Assembly (NCBI GenBank): GCA_003151795.1
Contig: PLYL01000005.1
Coordinates: 1,011 to 65,010 of the forward strand
Reading direction: 5' to 3'
DNA length: 64,000 nt
DNA from: Candidatus Yanofskybacteria bacterium
GTDB lineage: Bacteria > Patescibacteriota > Minisyncoccia > 2-02-FULL-40-12 > GWA2-44-9
The notes below the pieces were generated by a model. It saw only the letters and a program-made list of their open reading frames with translations. It was not told the DNA's origin and ran no database searches. Of the stretch, positions 45,526 to 55,035 are shown in pieces. The position numbers and the translations under genes are program-made. The stretch's first letter is position 1. The number at the start of each line of letters is the position of its first letter.

Positions 45526-47226
45526 ATGTCGAATCAGACCAAAAGATTTAGTTCAATTTTAGTAGTTGTCGTGTTGGTTTTGGTTGGTAGCTTCTCTAGA
45601 TATCAAATTGCTTTAGCGTTGGGTGGTGAAGGTACAGCTACAATAGATGGTAGTGCCTCCGGTGGAAATGTGAGCGTTGTACAATCAACCTCGCATAAAT
45701 TTACCGTTATTTTAACGATTGGCGCGGATGGAATTACTGTCGATGCTCAAAATCCAACCTTTACTATTCCGACCGGCTTTACTGCGCCAACTAACCCTGT
45801 CGCAAATGCAGGACTTGTATTAGCTGATGGTGATTGGTCTGCCGTAGGTGGTGCGACTTGTCCGACTACAATGGGTTCATCCAGTAATTCAGGACAAGTA
45901 ATAACAGTTGACGTAACGACAGTCTGTACAGTCGGTCCCGGAGGCACAATCACTCTTACCTATCAAGGACAATCTGCGTCAACAATGTCAGCGTCACCTC
46001 TTGTTATAAAAACTGCTGTTGATATTGGCGCGGGTGCACCAACGGCTATTGCCGCTCCGCCGACAATTACCGTTACGGCCAGCGGCACTCCCACCCCGAC
46101 CCCGAGCGCAACGCCCACACCTTCTGCTACTCCCACACCAACTCCAGGCAGTGGTTTACAATTGGCGACAATCAATGTCGTTAAAAATGTCATCAACGAC
46201 AACGGCCGAACCAAAATCGTCGCCGACTTCCCATTATTTGTTAACGGCACCCTAGTTGTTTCCGGCGTGACCAATACCTTCCCGGCGATTAATGGCGTGT
46301 ATACCGTCACCGAAACCGGCGACCCCAACTACACGCGGACGTTCTCCGGCGATTGCGATGCTAACGGCCAACTGAACCTCACTCAAGGTCAAAATAAATT
46401 TTGTATCATCACTAACAACGATATTGGCCCGCCCATCGTCGTGCCGCCCGTGCCGCCCCTTATCGACGTAGTGAAGACCGCGAGCCCGTTATCTTTACCA
46501 AACGGCCCTGGTCCCGTGGTGTATACTTATACCCTTCGCAATATTGGTGTCGTTCCAGTAAGCAATGTCACTATGGTCGGCGATACGTGCAGTCCAATCG
46601 TCCTTACTTCCGGCGACGCAAATAGCGATTCCAAACTAGACGTAAATGAAACGTGGGTATATACCTGTTCCACGACGCTAACTCAAACCCACACCAATAC
46701 TGTTGTCGCGATGGGTTGGGCGAACGGTATTAGCGCCGTTGATATCGCCAGCGCAACGGTTATCGTCGGCGCCCCGGTTGTCCCGCCCTTGATTCACATC
46801 ACAAAAATTCCAAGCCCGTTAACGTTGCCGGCGGGAGGGGGAATGGTCACGTACACCAAGACGGTTACAAATCCAGGGACAGTTCCTTTAAGCAATGTTC
46901 GCCTCACGGACGATAAGTGCAGTCCGGTGAGTTATGTTTCCGGGGACGCTAATGGCAATTCGAAGCTCGAACCCAGCGAGACCTGGATATACACCTGTCG
47001 AACACGCCTCACCCAAACTACGACCAACACCGTCATCGTCGCGGGAGATGCGAATGGCCTAACCGCGAGAGATTTCGCAATTGCGACAGTCGTGGTCGCT
47101 GATGCTAAGCCGACACTTCCAAATGCGGGAGTTGCGCCCGATGATAAGAATACTCTTTTCGGTCTTATTATTTTGGCCGGTATCTTTGGGATTGCGATTG
47201 TTGCTCACCGAAAACAACTTGTATAG
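45526..47226 (+). CDS. Surface protein with two Ig-like repeats and an LPNAG sorting signal
   Basis: Signal peptide, PT linker, two PPLI..K..YTxTxxNxG..ETWxYTC repeats, LPNAG-TM-HRK. Confidence 0.75.
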   Translation: MSNQTKRFSSILVVVVLVLVGSFSRYQIALALGGEGTATIDGSASGGNVSVVQSTSHKFTVILTIGADGITVDAQNPTFTIPTGFTAPTNPVANAGLVLADGDWSAVGGATCPTTMGSSSNSGQVITVDVTTVCTVGPGGTITLTYQGQSASTMSASPLVIKTAVDIGAGAPTAIAAPPTITVTASGTPTPTPSATPTPSATPTPTPGSGLQLATINVVKNVINDNGRTKIVADFPLFVNGTLVVSGVTNTFPAINGVYTVTETGDPNYTRTFSGDCDANGQLNLTQGQNKFCIITNNDIGPPIVVPPVPPLIDVVKTASPLSLPNGPGPVVYTYTLRNIGVVPVSNVTMVGDTCSPIVLTSGDANSDSKLDVNETWVYTCSTTLTQTHTNTVVAMGWANGISAVDIASATVIVGAPVVPPLIHITKIPSPLTLPAGGGMVTYTKTVTNPGTVPLSNVRLTDDKCSPVSYVSGDANGNSKLEPSETWIYTCRTRLTQTTTNTVIVAGDANGLTARDFAIATVVVADAKPTLPNAGVAPDDKNTLFGLIILAGIFGIAIVAHRKQLV

Positions 47227-47263
47227 TCTATTCTGAATTAATAAACCAATTAACAATAATCAC

Positions 47264-47404
47264 ATGCTCCTCACTATCGCATTTGTTCTCATCGCATTAT
47301 GGCTTGTCGGGCTTATCATTTTCCCGGTGCTAGGATTGTTTATCCACGTTCTTCTAATTATTGCCGTCATTATGATTCTCATGCGAGTCATAAAAGGCAA
47401 GTAG
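47264..47404 (+). CDS. lmo0937-family small membrane protein (46 aa, not in the ORF track)
   Basis: MLLTIAFVLIALWLVGLIIFPVLGLFIHVLLIIAVIMILMRVIKGK. Confidence 0.75.
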   Translation: MLLTIAFVLIALWLVGLIIFPVLGLFIHVLLIIAVIMILMRVIKGK

Positions 47405-47420
47405 AACTCGTCTCTTACAA

Positions 47421-48038
47421 TTGAAAACCTTATCAATAAAAACGGCTTTAATATTGGTTTTTATCGGATCCGCGCTTTATACCGCGTATCTTTTTTATAT
47501 TATTCCTAAAGACCCCGCCCAAAGCGACGCCGCTCTCCTTGTGGAAAATCCTAGCCCCACATCGTCACCGGCGCCATCGCCAGCACCAGTCCGGCCAGCC
47601 GTGCCCATACGCCTTATTATTCCAACAATTGCTGTGGATTCTATTATTGAAGACGTCGGTCTTACTTCCGGCGGGGCAATGGACGTCCCCAAGAACGCGA
47701 GCGATGTTGGATGGTTATCGTTTGGACCCCGGCCTGGCGAAGACGGCACTTCGGTTATCGATGGCCATTACGGAATCAGCAAAGGAAAAGCATCAGCGTT
47801 TGATGATATATATAAATTACGCAAAGGCGATATTATACAGATTGAAGACCAGGCCGGGGCAATCATCCCTTTTGTCGTAACTGGAAACCGAAGATATGAC
47901 CCGCAAGCCGACGCGACCTACGTCTTTGGCACAAATCAAGGGCCTTCCCATCTCAATCTTATCACCTGTGAAGGAGTCTGGGATGAAACTATCAAAGGCT
48001 ATCCCGAACGTCTTGTGGTTTTTGCCGATAAAGAATAG
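47421..48038 (+). CDS. Class F sortase
   Basis: RLIIPTI, GAMDVP, GPRPGEDGTSVIDGH, LNLITCEG and the catalytic R in ERLVVFA. Confidence 0.9.
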   Translation: MKTLSIKTALILVFIGSALYTAYLFYIIPKDPAQSDAALLVENPSPTSSPAPSPAPVRPAVPIRLIIPTIAVDSIIEDVGLTSGGAMDVPKNASDVGWLSFGPRPGEDGTSVIDGHYGISKGKASAFDDIYKLRKGDIIQIEDQAGAIIPFVVTGNRRYDPQADATYVFGTNQGPSHLNLITCEGVWDETIKGYPERLVVFADKE

Positions 48039-48046
48039 TTTTCTTG

Positions 48047-48117
48047 AGCGGGATACGGGAGTCGAACCCGTCTCTTGAGTTTGGAAAACTCATGTATTAC
48101 CGATATACGAATCCCGC
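48047..48117 (-). tRNA. tRNA-Gly(TCC)
   Basis: gcgggat..tgagt-tttccaa-actca..gggttcgactccc..atcccgc cloverleaf. Confidence 0.93.
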
Positions 48118-48316
48118 CTAGTTTTCTAAAGCACTGACTTCTTGCAAACTCTCTCTTATTATTAATTTCAATGATTTTTTTCCAGGATTTGTTTTAAAAT
48201 ACTCTTCGCGACGTAAAGCATCTTTTTTAGAAAGAAAGTACTCACAGAAAATTAACTGAAATGGTCGTCTCTTTTAGACTGAAAAGGACATATGTACAAT
48301 AAATTAGCTTTGCCAT
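48118..48316 (-). pseudogene. GIY-YIG nuclease pseudogene (internal deletion and frameshift)
   Basis: MAKLIYCTYVLFSLKE joined out of frame to RRPFQLIFCEYFLSKKDALRREEYFKTNPGKK; the YIG core is missing. Confidence 0.75.
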
Positions 48317-48400
48317 TTTTGCAATCAAAAGAAACATCATAGCGAATGAAGTACAGCCTGGCTGACTTCATCGCCATGAAGCGAACTTCGTTCTGCTTCA

Positions 48401-48474
48401 TGGTCGGGCCGCCGGGATTTGAACCCGGACTACGTGATCCCAAATCACGCGTGCTACCGTTACACAACGGCCCG
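48401..48474 (-). tRNA. tRNA-Pro(TGG)
   Basis: cgggccg..cgtga-tttggga-tcacg..gggttcaaatccc..cggcccgacca. Confidence 0.92.
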
Positions 48475-48476
48475 TG

Positions 48477-48548
48477 TGTCCTCGGAGGGAATCGAACCCC
48501 CATCAAGGCCTTAGAAGAGCCCTGCTCGATCCGTTGAGCTACGAGGAC
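48477..48548 (-). tRNA. tRNA-Arg(TCT)
   Basis: gtcctcgtagctcaacgg..gggct-cttctaa-ggcct..ggttcgattcc..cgaggac. Confidence 0.9.
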
Positions 48549-48663
48549 AAACTTCTATAAATTCTACGTTAAAATGGCCAAAACGTAAAGGTTGCGATAA
48601 AATTTTACGTAACATAATTAACTGTACAATCGTTATAGAAAATATTAGTATATGGACATGAAT

Positions 48664-48770
48664 CCCGTAGGAAGTCGCCCTTACGGGTTTGAAAGTCAAA
48701 CACTTAATTAAGTATCGTAGTGTTGGTCTCACACCAAAGTGTCTGACCGATTACTACGACTTCTGACGGG
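48664..48770. mobile_element. MITE-like CCCG...CGGG element that duplicates a start codon
   Basis: ATGAAT|cccgtaggaagtcg ... cgacttctgacggg|ATGAAC. Confidence 0.65.
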
Positions 48771-49628
48771 ATGAACAAAAACCTTATTTACTCGATAATC
48801 ATCGTCGCATTGCTGGGCCTGGGTCTTTGGTGGTTTATTTCCAATACTACTCCGAAAGACGCGCTGGCGCCGACTATCTCGACATCGGTTTCTCCTTCCG
48901 CCAGTCCAACGCCGGTCGCGACCAAAACTCCAGCGGCGCCGAAGATTACCATGACTTCGCCCCAAGCCAACGCCCTCGTCGATTCGCCGATATTGGTCAC
49001 CGGCCGGGCCAATGTTTTTGAGAATCAGTTTACGGTTCAAGTCAAAGACAGCGCCGGTCAAGTGGTGGCCACGGCTCATGTTTTCACCGATGCTAAAGAC
49101 GCGGGTCAGTACGGCAACTACAGCGTTAAAATTCCAATTCCGGCCGGCCTAGCGACGAGTATCATGAAAGTCGAAGCGTTGAGTTATTCGGCGAAAGGGG
49201 ACGGATCTTTTGAGGGCTACGCTTCCGCACCGGTGAAGCTCAAATATTTTGATACCATGAGTATTTATGCCGCTTTCTCGACTTCTCAAACCGATTGCAC
49301 GGCAGTAACTCTTTTCCCCCACGAAATCACCAAGACCAGTCAATTCCCGTACATGAGTTTGGTGGAGTTGCTTAACGGTCCGAATGATACCGACAAGCAA
49401 CAGGGCGCGACGACGTTAATACCGTCCGGCGTGGTCATTAATTCGTTTAAACAGACTGGCAGTACTTATATGGTTGATTTTAATAACACGCTTCAGCAGG
49501 GCGTGGCCGGTTCCTGCCGGGTCCAGGGTATTCGCGCCCAAATCGAAGGCACTCTCAAGCAATTTCTGGGAATTAATAACGTCATTATTTCCATCAACGG
49601 TCAGACTGAAGGTATCCTTCAGCCCTAA
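48771..49628 (+). CDS. Gmad2 Ig-like plus GerMN domain protein
   Basis: TM, VTGRANVFENQF, ELLNGP, VDFN..AGSCRV..IRAQIEGTLKQF. Confidence 0.82.
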   Translation: MNKNLIYSIIIVALLGLGLWWFISNTTPKDALAPTISTSVSPSASPTPVATKTPAAPKITMTSPQANALVDSPILVTGRANVFENQFTVQVKDSAGQVVATAHVFTDAKDAGQYGNYSVKIPIPAGLATSIMKVEALSYSAKGDGSFEGYASAPVKLKYFDTMSIYAAFSTSQTDCTAVTLFPHEITKTSQFPYMSLVELLNGPNDTDKQQGATTLIPSGVVINSFKQTGSTYMVDFNNTLQQGVAGSCRVQGIRAQIEGTLKQFLGINNVIISINGQTEGILQP

Positions 49629-49637
49629 ATTATAATT

Positions 49638-50672
49638 ATGTTTGACCGAGCGGTTCTACGCGATAAAAAATTTCTCTCGTGGGCGATACTCGTTTTTATC
49701 GGCGGTTTTTTGATCGGCTTGCCGATTGATGGAGCCTTTTTGTTCCAAAAATTAACCTCAAGCATCACCGCCCAGACCCTTCCCAAGGAATGGCGAGAAG
49801 GACAGACGGGGCTTATCAATCCGCTTTTGGGGGTTAATTATCCCGACAATAGCGCTTTTACTGAACTAGTGCCCCTTCAAAGCGCCGTCCAAACAGTTAT
49901 CAACAACGCTATTGATAATCATGTTCTTATTCGCGGAAGCGTTTACTTTCGGGACATGAGCGATAGCCACTGGATAGGTGTTAATGAAACCGAGACTTAT
50001 TCTCCAGCAAGTTTGATTAAAATTCCCATGATGGTGAGTTACTTCAAAGTGGCCGAATCAAACCCCAATATCCTAAATAAATTACTCCAGTATACCGGTC
50101 CCAATCAGAATGTAAGCGTATATTTTAAGCCGGCTGACAATATGGTCTCCGGCCAATATTATTCCGTAAGCGATCTTATCCGTCGGATGATTGTTTACTC
50201 TGATAATAACGCGATTCTCATGCTGTTTAATAACATGGACAAGGCTAGCCTCGATGCGATTTTTTCTGACCTATCCATAACCGTACCCAAGGACCCCAAT
50301 CAGCCCGGGGATTACATAACGCCCGGAAATTTCTCACGCTTTTTCCGCACCCTCTATAACGCAACGTATCTAAATGAAGCATATTCGCAAAAAGCCCTCG
50401 AGCTTCTTTCTGAAGCTGATTTTAAGCAAGGTCTTGTGGCCGGCGTGCCGGGGAACATCACCGTCGCTCACAAATTTGGGGAGACTCCAGATGTTGACGC
50501 GACGGGTAAGACAATCAGTTATGAACTCCACGACTGCGGCATTATTTACGCCCCGAACCACCCCTACATCCTTTGCGTTATGACTTCCGGCCAGTCATAC
50601 GATTCTATCGCCGGCGCCATTAAAGACATCTCCGCGGCCGTCTACTCGGCCGTTAAGAATAATTATAAATAG
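49638..50672 (+). CDS. Class A beta-lactamase-related serine hydrolase
   Basis: PASLIK (SxxK), SDN, HKFG and HDCGIIY. Confidence 0.85.
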   Translation: MFDRAVLRDKKFLSWAILVFIGGFLIGLPIDGAFLFQKLTSSITAQTLPKEWREGQTGLINPLLGVNYPDNSAFTELVPLQSAVQTVINNAIDNHVLIRGSVYFRDMSDSHWIGVNETETYSPASLIKIPMMVSYFKVAESNPNILNKLLQYTGPNQNVSVYFKPADNMVSGQYYSVSDLIRRMIVYSDNNAILMLFNNMDKASLDAIFSDLSITVPKDPNQPGDYITPGNFSRFFRTLYNATYLNEAYSQKALELLSEADFKQGLVAGVPGNITVAHKFGETPDVDATGKTISYELHDCGIIYAPNHPYILCVMTSGQSYDSIAGAIKDISAAVYSAVKNNYK

Positions 50673-50737
50673 CGGCCGGATTTCTCGTCTAGATTTTTCT
50701 TGTAAATCTGATATAATACGAAGACCATTTTAATATT

Positions 50738-50810
50738 GGGGGCTATGGTGAAGAGGTTATCACAGCGCTCTGTGGCAGCGCGGTCGAGGGTTCGATTCCC
50801 TCTAGCCCCC
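50738..50810 (+). tRNA. tRNA-His(GTG)
   Basis: G-1 plus ggggcta acceptor, gcgct-ctgtggc-agcgc anticodon arm and gagggttcgattccctc T arm. Confidence 0.92.
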
Positions 50811-50931
50811 CAGAAAAACAGAAATCCCTTAAATGGGGATTTTTGTTAAAAAGGTTGAAAAATTAAGCAAAATAGGCTATTATGGCTGGTATTGACTTAG
50901 AAACAAGAAGCTTACTCTATACGTATACCCC

Positions 50932-51468
50932 ATGGCGACCAAAGACCAATTTAATACTCAAGCCGAGGCCCTCCAGAAAGGGGATAGCCGTTCGGCGGAA
51001 AGGATATTTGACCACTTTTCTGGGCCAATCTACGCCTTCTTTATGGCTCGGATTCGGCACAAGGAGACGGCCCAAGACTTAACTCAAGAGGTTTTTTTAA
51101 AGGTAATTAAAAGTATTGAGCAGTTTGACAGAAAGAGCGGGGACTTCACAGCCTGGATTTGGCAAATCGCTCGCAATTCCGCCATTGACTATTTCCGCCA
51201 TAAGAAGCCGTCGTACCTCGCTGACTTGCCCGATGAAGGAACTAATATCAGCGAGGAGCGCGTGAAGTCGGACGAGAGCGCCAAGGTTCGGGAAATCATG
51301 GACATCGTCGAAAGTTTTTCGCCGGAAGAGCAAGAATTATTTCAACAGCATTTTGTCGCCGATATATCGTACACGGAATTGGCCCGGATAACGGGTAAAA
51401 CCGAATCGGCCTTGCGGGTGGCGATTCACCGGTTGCGCAAAAAACTTATCCCTTATTTAAATGATTAA
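50932..51468 (+). CDS. ECF sigma factor (sigma70 family)
   Basis: AQDLTQEVFLKV, FTAWIWQIARN and SYTELARITGK..RVAIHR. Confidence 0.9.
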   Translation: MATKDQFNTQAEALQKGDSRSAERIFDHFSGPIYAFFMARIRHKETAQDLTQEVFLKVIKSIEQFDRKSGDFTAWIWQIARNSAIDYFRHKKPSYLADLPDEGTNISEERVKSDESAKVREIMDIVESFSPEEQELFQQHFVADISYTELARITGKTESALRVAIHRLRKKLIPYLND

Positions 51469-52171
51469 TTTCATCAAAGAACAATTAGCGGTCTGGAAGC
51501 TCAAACGGAGCCTCCATAAATATATTCGACCGGACCGGGCGTTCTTGCAATCCGCGCGAACGAGGTTTATAACTCTGGCTCAACAGTCCCGATTTGGTCA
51601 GAATGCTCATTCTGATGCCAAATCGAGGATCCTCGATTCCGACAAGGCGGAATCGAGACGCGCGGGCGTAACCGTCCGGGCCAAGCATCCGCGGTCCTGG
51701 AAATACGCCACCATCGCGATTGTGGCCGTCCTTTCGATGACCAGCGGGATGGCTGTTTTCGCTGATGCCAGTAACGTTCCCGTAACTCATCCGCTCTACA
51801 GTTTAAAACGTTTAAGCGAGCAGATTCGTTTAGGATTAAGCACGCCGGAACAACAGGTTGAACTGCACCAAATTTTTGCCCAGCGCCGGCTTGAAGAAGC
51901 GTCGGAACTGGAGACGAATCACGACGATCGTCCGATTACGCCTGAATCCCAGACTCGGATTAACGGGCTAGACAATGATTTTCAGAAAGAAACAGAACAC
52001 GGCCTGGATAAGACCCAGGACCCTCAAGTTCACGCCGCCGCCCGCGCCAAGTTTTGCCAAGATATTTTAGATATTATTCAGCAAGACGCTCCAACCAATC
52101 CTCTGCCCAGTCCGATGGTGGACCATATTAAAACTCGCTGTGCCGACGCCGTCAAAACCCCGGGAAACTAA
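51461..52171 (+). CDS. Putative anti-sigma factor (DUF5667-like)
   Basis: Overlaps the ECF sigma gene; TM followed by PVTHPLYSLKRLSEQIRL and RRLEEA. Confidence 0.7.
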   Translation: MINFIKEQLAVWKLKRSLHKYIRPDRAFLQSARTRFITLAQQSRFGQNAHSDAKSRILDSDKAESRRAGVTVRAKHPRSWKYATIAIVAVLSMTSGMAVFADASNVPVTHPLYSLKRLSEQIRLGLSTPEQQVELHQIFAQRRLEEASELETNHDDRPITPESQTRINGLDNDFQKETEHGLDKTQDPQVHAAARAKFCQDILDIIQQDAPTNPLPSPMVDHIKTRCADAVKTPGN

Positions 52172-52249
52172 CCTCTTCAAAAAATAAGCCCGAACTTGAT
52201 GTTTAGGCTTATTTTTGTTACACTGACGCCTGTTCAATAAACACTCTAA

Positions 52250-53362
52250 ATGGCTAATCATCCCCTAATTTCATACGTGGAAGAGGCCCGCGGCCGCGGG
52301 ATGTCCAATAAACAAATCATCGACGCGCTGACTTCGGCTGGCTGGCAGACTCACGACCTCACTAATATATTTTTAGAGCATATCGAAGTTTCTCGCGAGC
52401 CGGCTATACCTGAATCTGCCGATAGTATCGTTACTGTCCGCAATGTTTCCAAGATTTATAATAAGACCATCAAAGCTCTGGATAATGTCAGCTTGGAGGT
52501 CAAACGGGGCAGCGTGACGGCCCTTTTGGGACCGAATGGCGCCGGTAAAACCACCCTCGTCCGGATTCTGACGACTCTCTTAACCCTCGAGCACGGTACG
52601 GCCCGCGTGGCGGGGTTTGATATCGTCCGCGACGCGCAAGAACTCCGCTCGGTCATCGGCTTGGCTGGCCAGTACGCCGCCGTGGACGAAACTCTGACCG
52701 GCCGAGAGAACCTGGAGATGGTCGGGCGCTTATATCATTTATCAGTGCCGACCTCCCGCCAGCGCGCCGATGAACTTCTCCATCAGTTTAATCTGGATGA
52801 GGCCAGCGACCGGGTTTTGAAAACATATTCCGGCGGGATGCGCCGCCGTCTCGACTTGGCCGCGAGTTTAGTTATCCGGCCCCAGATTTTATTCTTGGAT
52901 GAGCCGACGACCGGCCTCGATCCGCGCGGCCGGTTCGCCTTATGGCATGTTATCCGCGAGCTCGTGAAAGACGGCACGACCGTCCTTTTGACTACCCAGT
53001 ATCTGGAAGAAGCCGATCAGCTGGCCCATAAGATATTTGTGATCGACCATGGCCACATCATCGCTCAAGGCACGGCCGATGAACTTAAAAAACAAGTTGG
53101 CGGAGACGTTCTGGAACTTCACATCGCCGACCACGGGTTGATTGATGAAACAGTCCGTTTAATAACTCCTTTCGGCAGCGAGGCTCCGCGCGTCGACGAA
53201 GACACGAATATTATAACCATGCCGGTTAGCGGCGGGGCTTCGATATTGATTGACGCCGTTCGGGAACTTGATTCCGCGAATATTAAAATCAACGACATCG
53301 TCTTGCGCCGGCCCAGCTTGGATGACGTCTTCATGGCCCTAACCGGCCATTCGGCAGAATAA
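52250..53362 (+). CDS. DrrA-like ABC transporter ATP-binding protein
   Basis: GPNGAGKTT, YSGGMRRRLDLA, LDEPTTGLDP and PSLDDVF. Confidence 0.92.
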   Translation: MANHPLISYVEEARGRGMSNKQIIDALTSAGWQTHDLTNIFLEHIEVSREPAIPESADSIVTVRNVSKIYNKTIKALDNVSLEVKRGSVTALLGPNGAGKTTLVRILTTLLTLEHGTARVAGFDIVRDAQELRSVIGLAGQYAAVDETLTGRENLEMVGRLYHLSVPTSRQRADELLHQFNLDEASDRVLKTYSGGMRRRLDLAASLVIRPQILFLDEPTTGLDPRGRFALWHVIRELVKDGTTVLLTTQYLEEADQLAHKIFVIDHGHIIAQGTADELKKQVGGDVLELHIADHGLIDETVRLITPFGSEAPRVDEDTNIITMPVSGGASILIDAVRELDSANIKINDIVLRRPSLDDVFMALTGHSAE

Positions 53363-53368
53363 ATTTAT

Positions 53369-54136
53369 ATGAATAATTTCTCCCACACGTTTTCCGATAT
53401 CCGCGTCATGACCAAGCGTAACTTGATTAAGTATCGGCGCGTCCCGCAATTATTGGTTTTCTCAACGATTCAGCCCGTAATGTTTTTATTGCTCTTTACT
53501 TATGTTTTCGGCGGGGCGATTGTTACCGGTACCGGCACTTATATCAACTATCTTTTGCCGGGTATTTTGGTGCAGACCGTGCTGTTCGGGGCGATGCAAA
53601 CTGGGATTGGCCTCGTCGATGATTTGTCGCGGGGGATGATTGACCGGTTCCGATCCTTGCCGATGGCCCGCTCCGCCGTCTTAGCCGGCCGGACGATTAC
53701 CGATGTTATTCGCAATTTGTTCGTCGTGATATTAATGACTATTGTCGGTTTGTTTATCGGCTTTCGCATTGATCACGGCATCTTTAATTTCCTGGGCGCC
53801 GTGGCCCTGATTGCTCTGTTCGGCTTCGCGTTCTCCTGGGTTTCGGCCACCATTGGCTTGGCGGTTAAAACGCCGGAAACCGCCCAAGTGGCCGGTTTCA
53901 TCTGGGTGTTCCCGCTCGCTTTCGGCAGTTCCATCTTTGTGCCGGTATCAAGCATGTCTTCGGCTATCCGCGCCTTTGCCGAGCATAATCCGATTACCTA
54001 TGTCGTCAATACCGTTCGGGCTCTGACCCTCGGCCTGCCGGTCGGTAATAATATCTGGTTCGCTTTGGCCTGGATTGCCGGCATCATGATCGTCTTCGTT
54101 CCGCTGGCCGTCAATCGCTACCGTTCAATCTCTTAA
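53369..54136 (+). CDS. DrrB-like ABC-2 permease
   Basis: QPVMFLLLFTYVFGGAI, DRFRSLP and NPITYVV. Confidence 0.9.
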   Translation: MNNFSHTFSDIRVMTKRNLIKYRRVPQLLVFSTIQPVMFLLLFTYVFGGAIVTGTGTYINYLLPGILVQTVLFGAMQTGIGLVDDLSRGMIDRFRSLPMARSAVLAGRTITDVIRNLFVVILMTIVGLFIGFRIDHGIFNFLGAVALIALFGFAFSWVSATIGLAVKTPETAQVAGFIWVFPLAFGSSIFVPVSSMSSAIRAFAEHNPITYVVNTVRALTLGLPVGNNIWFALAWIAGIMIVFVPLAVNRYRSIS

Positions 54137-54137
54137 G

Positions 54138-54530
54138 ATGCCGATGCGCAGAACTATCAAACCCTTTCTTGCCGGTCTCGCTGTAATCTTTCTGGGCTCG
54201 TTTGTCGCTGCGTTTTTTAATCTCTACGATACTTTTCCGCACATTGATAAAATTTTTCACATCGCCAGCGGATTTATTATCGCATGGTTTTTTAGTAATT
54301 TATGGGAAGATAATTTCAAAGGGTTCAATCGGTTCCAGCGCGTCATCATGTTTATGGCCCTGGCCGGCCTCATTGGCTTTTTCTGGGAAGTCCTGGAATA
54401 TTCAACTTCGACTTCTCTCTTTACTCATTACCAACTTATCCGCCATTATTTCTACGGCGGGGACTTAACCGATACTCTGGGCGACCTGCTGGCCGATGTT
54501 CTCGGCGGTGCCATCTTCGGTTTGCTTTAG
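54138..54530 (+). CDS. Membrane protein (VanZ/DUF2238-like)
   Basis: DKIFH, WEVLEY and DTLGDLLAD. Confidence 0.65.
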   Translation: MPMRRTIKPFLAGLAVIFLGSFVAAFFNLYDTFPHIDKIFHIASGFIIAWFFSNLWEDNFKGFNRFQRVIMFMALAGLIGFFWEVLEYSTSTSLFTHYQLIRHYFYGGDLTDTLGDLLADVLGGAIFGLL

Positions 54531-54576
54531 GTGTTTGTGTGGATACCTGGCCGGCCGGATATGCTATTGTTAGCTC

Positions 54577-55035
54577 ATGAGCCTTCATACTCCGCTATCC
54601 GTCAGCCAGCTTCGAGAAAAACGCCGCCCGCTCCGCAACGTCAATATCGAACATCGAGAAAAACTCTCGCCTCTTGAGCGTCTCGCCTTGGCCGTCACCG
54701 AAACTATCGGGACAATGGGCTTTTTCTTTATTGTTTTTGTTTGGACTGTGGGCTGGCTGCTCTGGAATCTTGTCGGGCCCGTGGAAATGCGCTTTGATCC
54801 TTATCCGGCCTTTGTGCTCTGGCTCTTTATTTCCAACATGATTCAGCTGATGCTCCTCCCGCTCATTATGATTGGACAGAACTTGCAGGGCAAACACGCC
54901 GAAGCCCGCGCTCAAGCCGATTTTGAAGTCAACGTCCAAGCCGAAGAAGAAATCGAAACGATTCTTCAGCATCTGGAGAATCAAAACGATCTCATCCTTA
55001 AAATTATTAATACGCTCGAGAGCAGGCCGTCTTAG
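54577..55035 (+). CDS. DUF1003 membrane protein
   Basis: GTMGFF, FDPYPAF and PLIMIGQN. Confidence 0.85.
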   Translation: MSLHTPLSVSQLREKRRPLRNVNIEHREKLSPLERLALAVTETIGTMGFFFIVFVWTVGWLLWNLVGPVEMRFDPYPAFVLWLFISNMIQLMLLPLIMIGQNLQGKHAEARAQADFEVNVQAEEEIETILQHLENQNDLILKIINTLESRPS

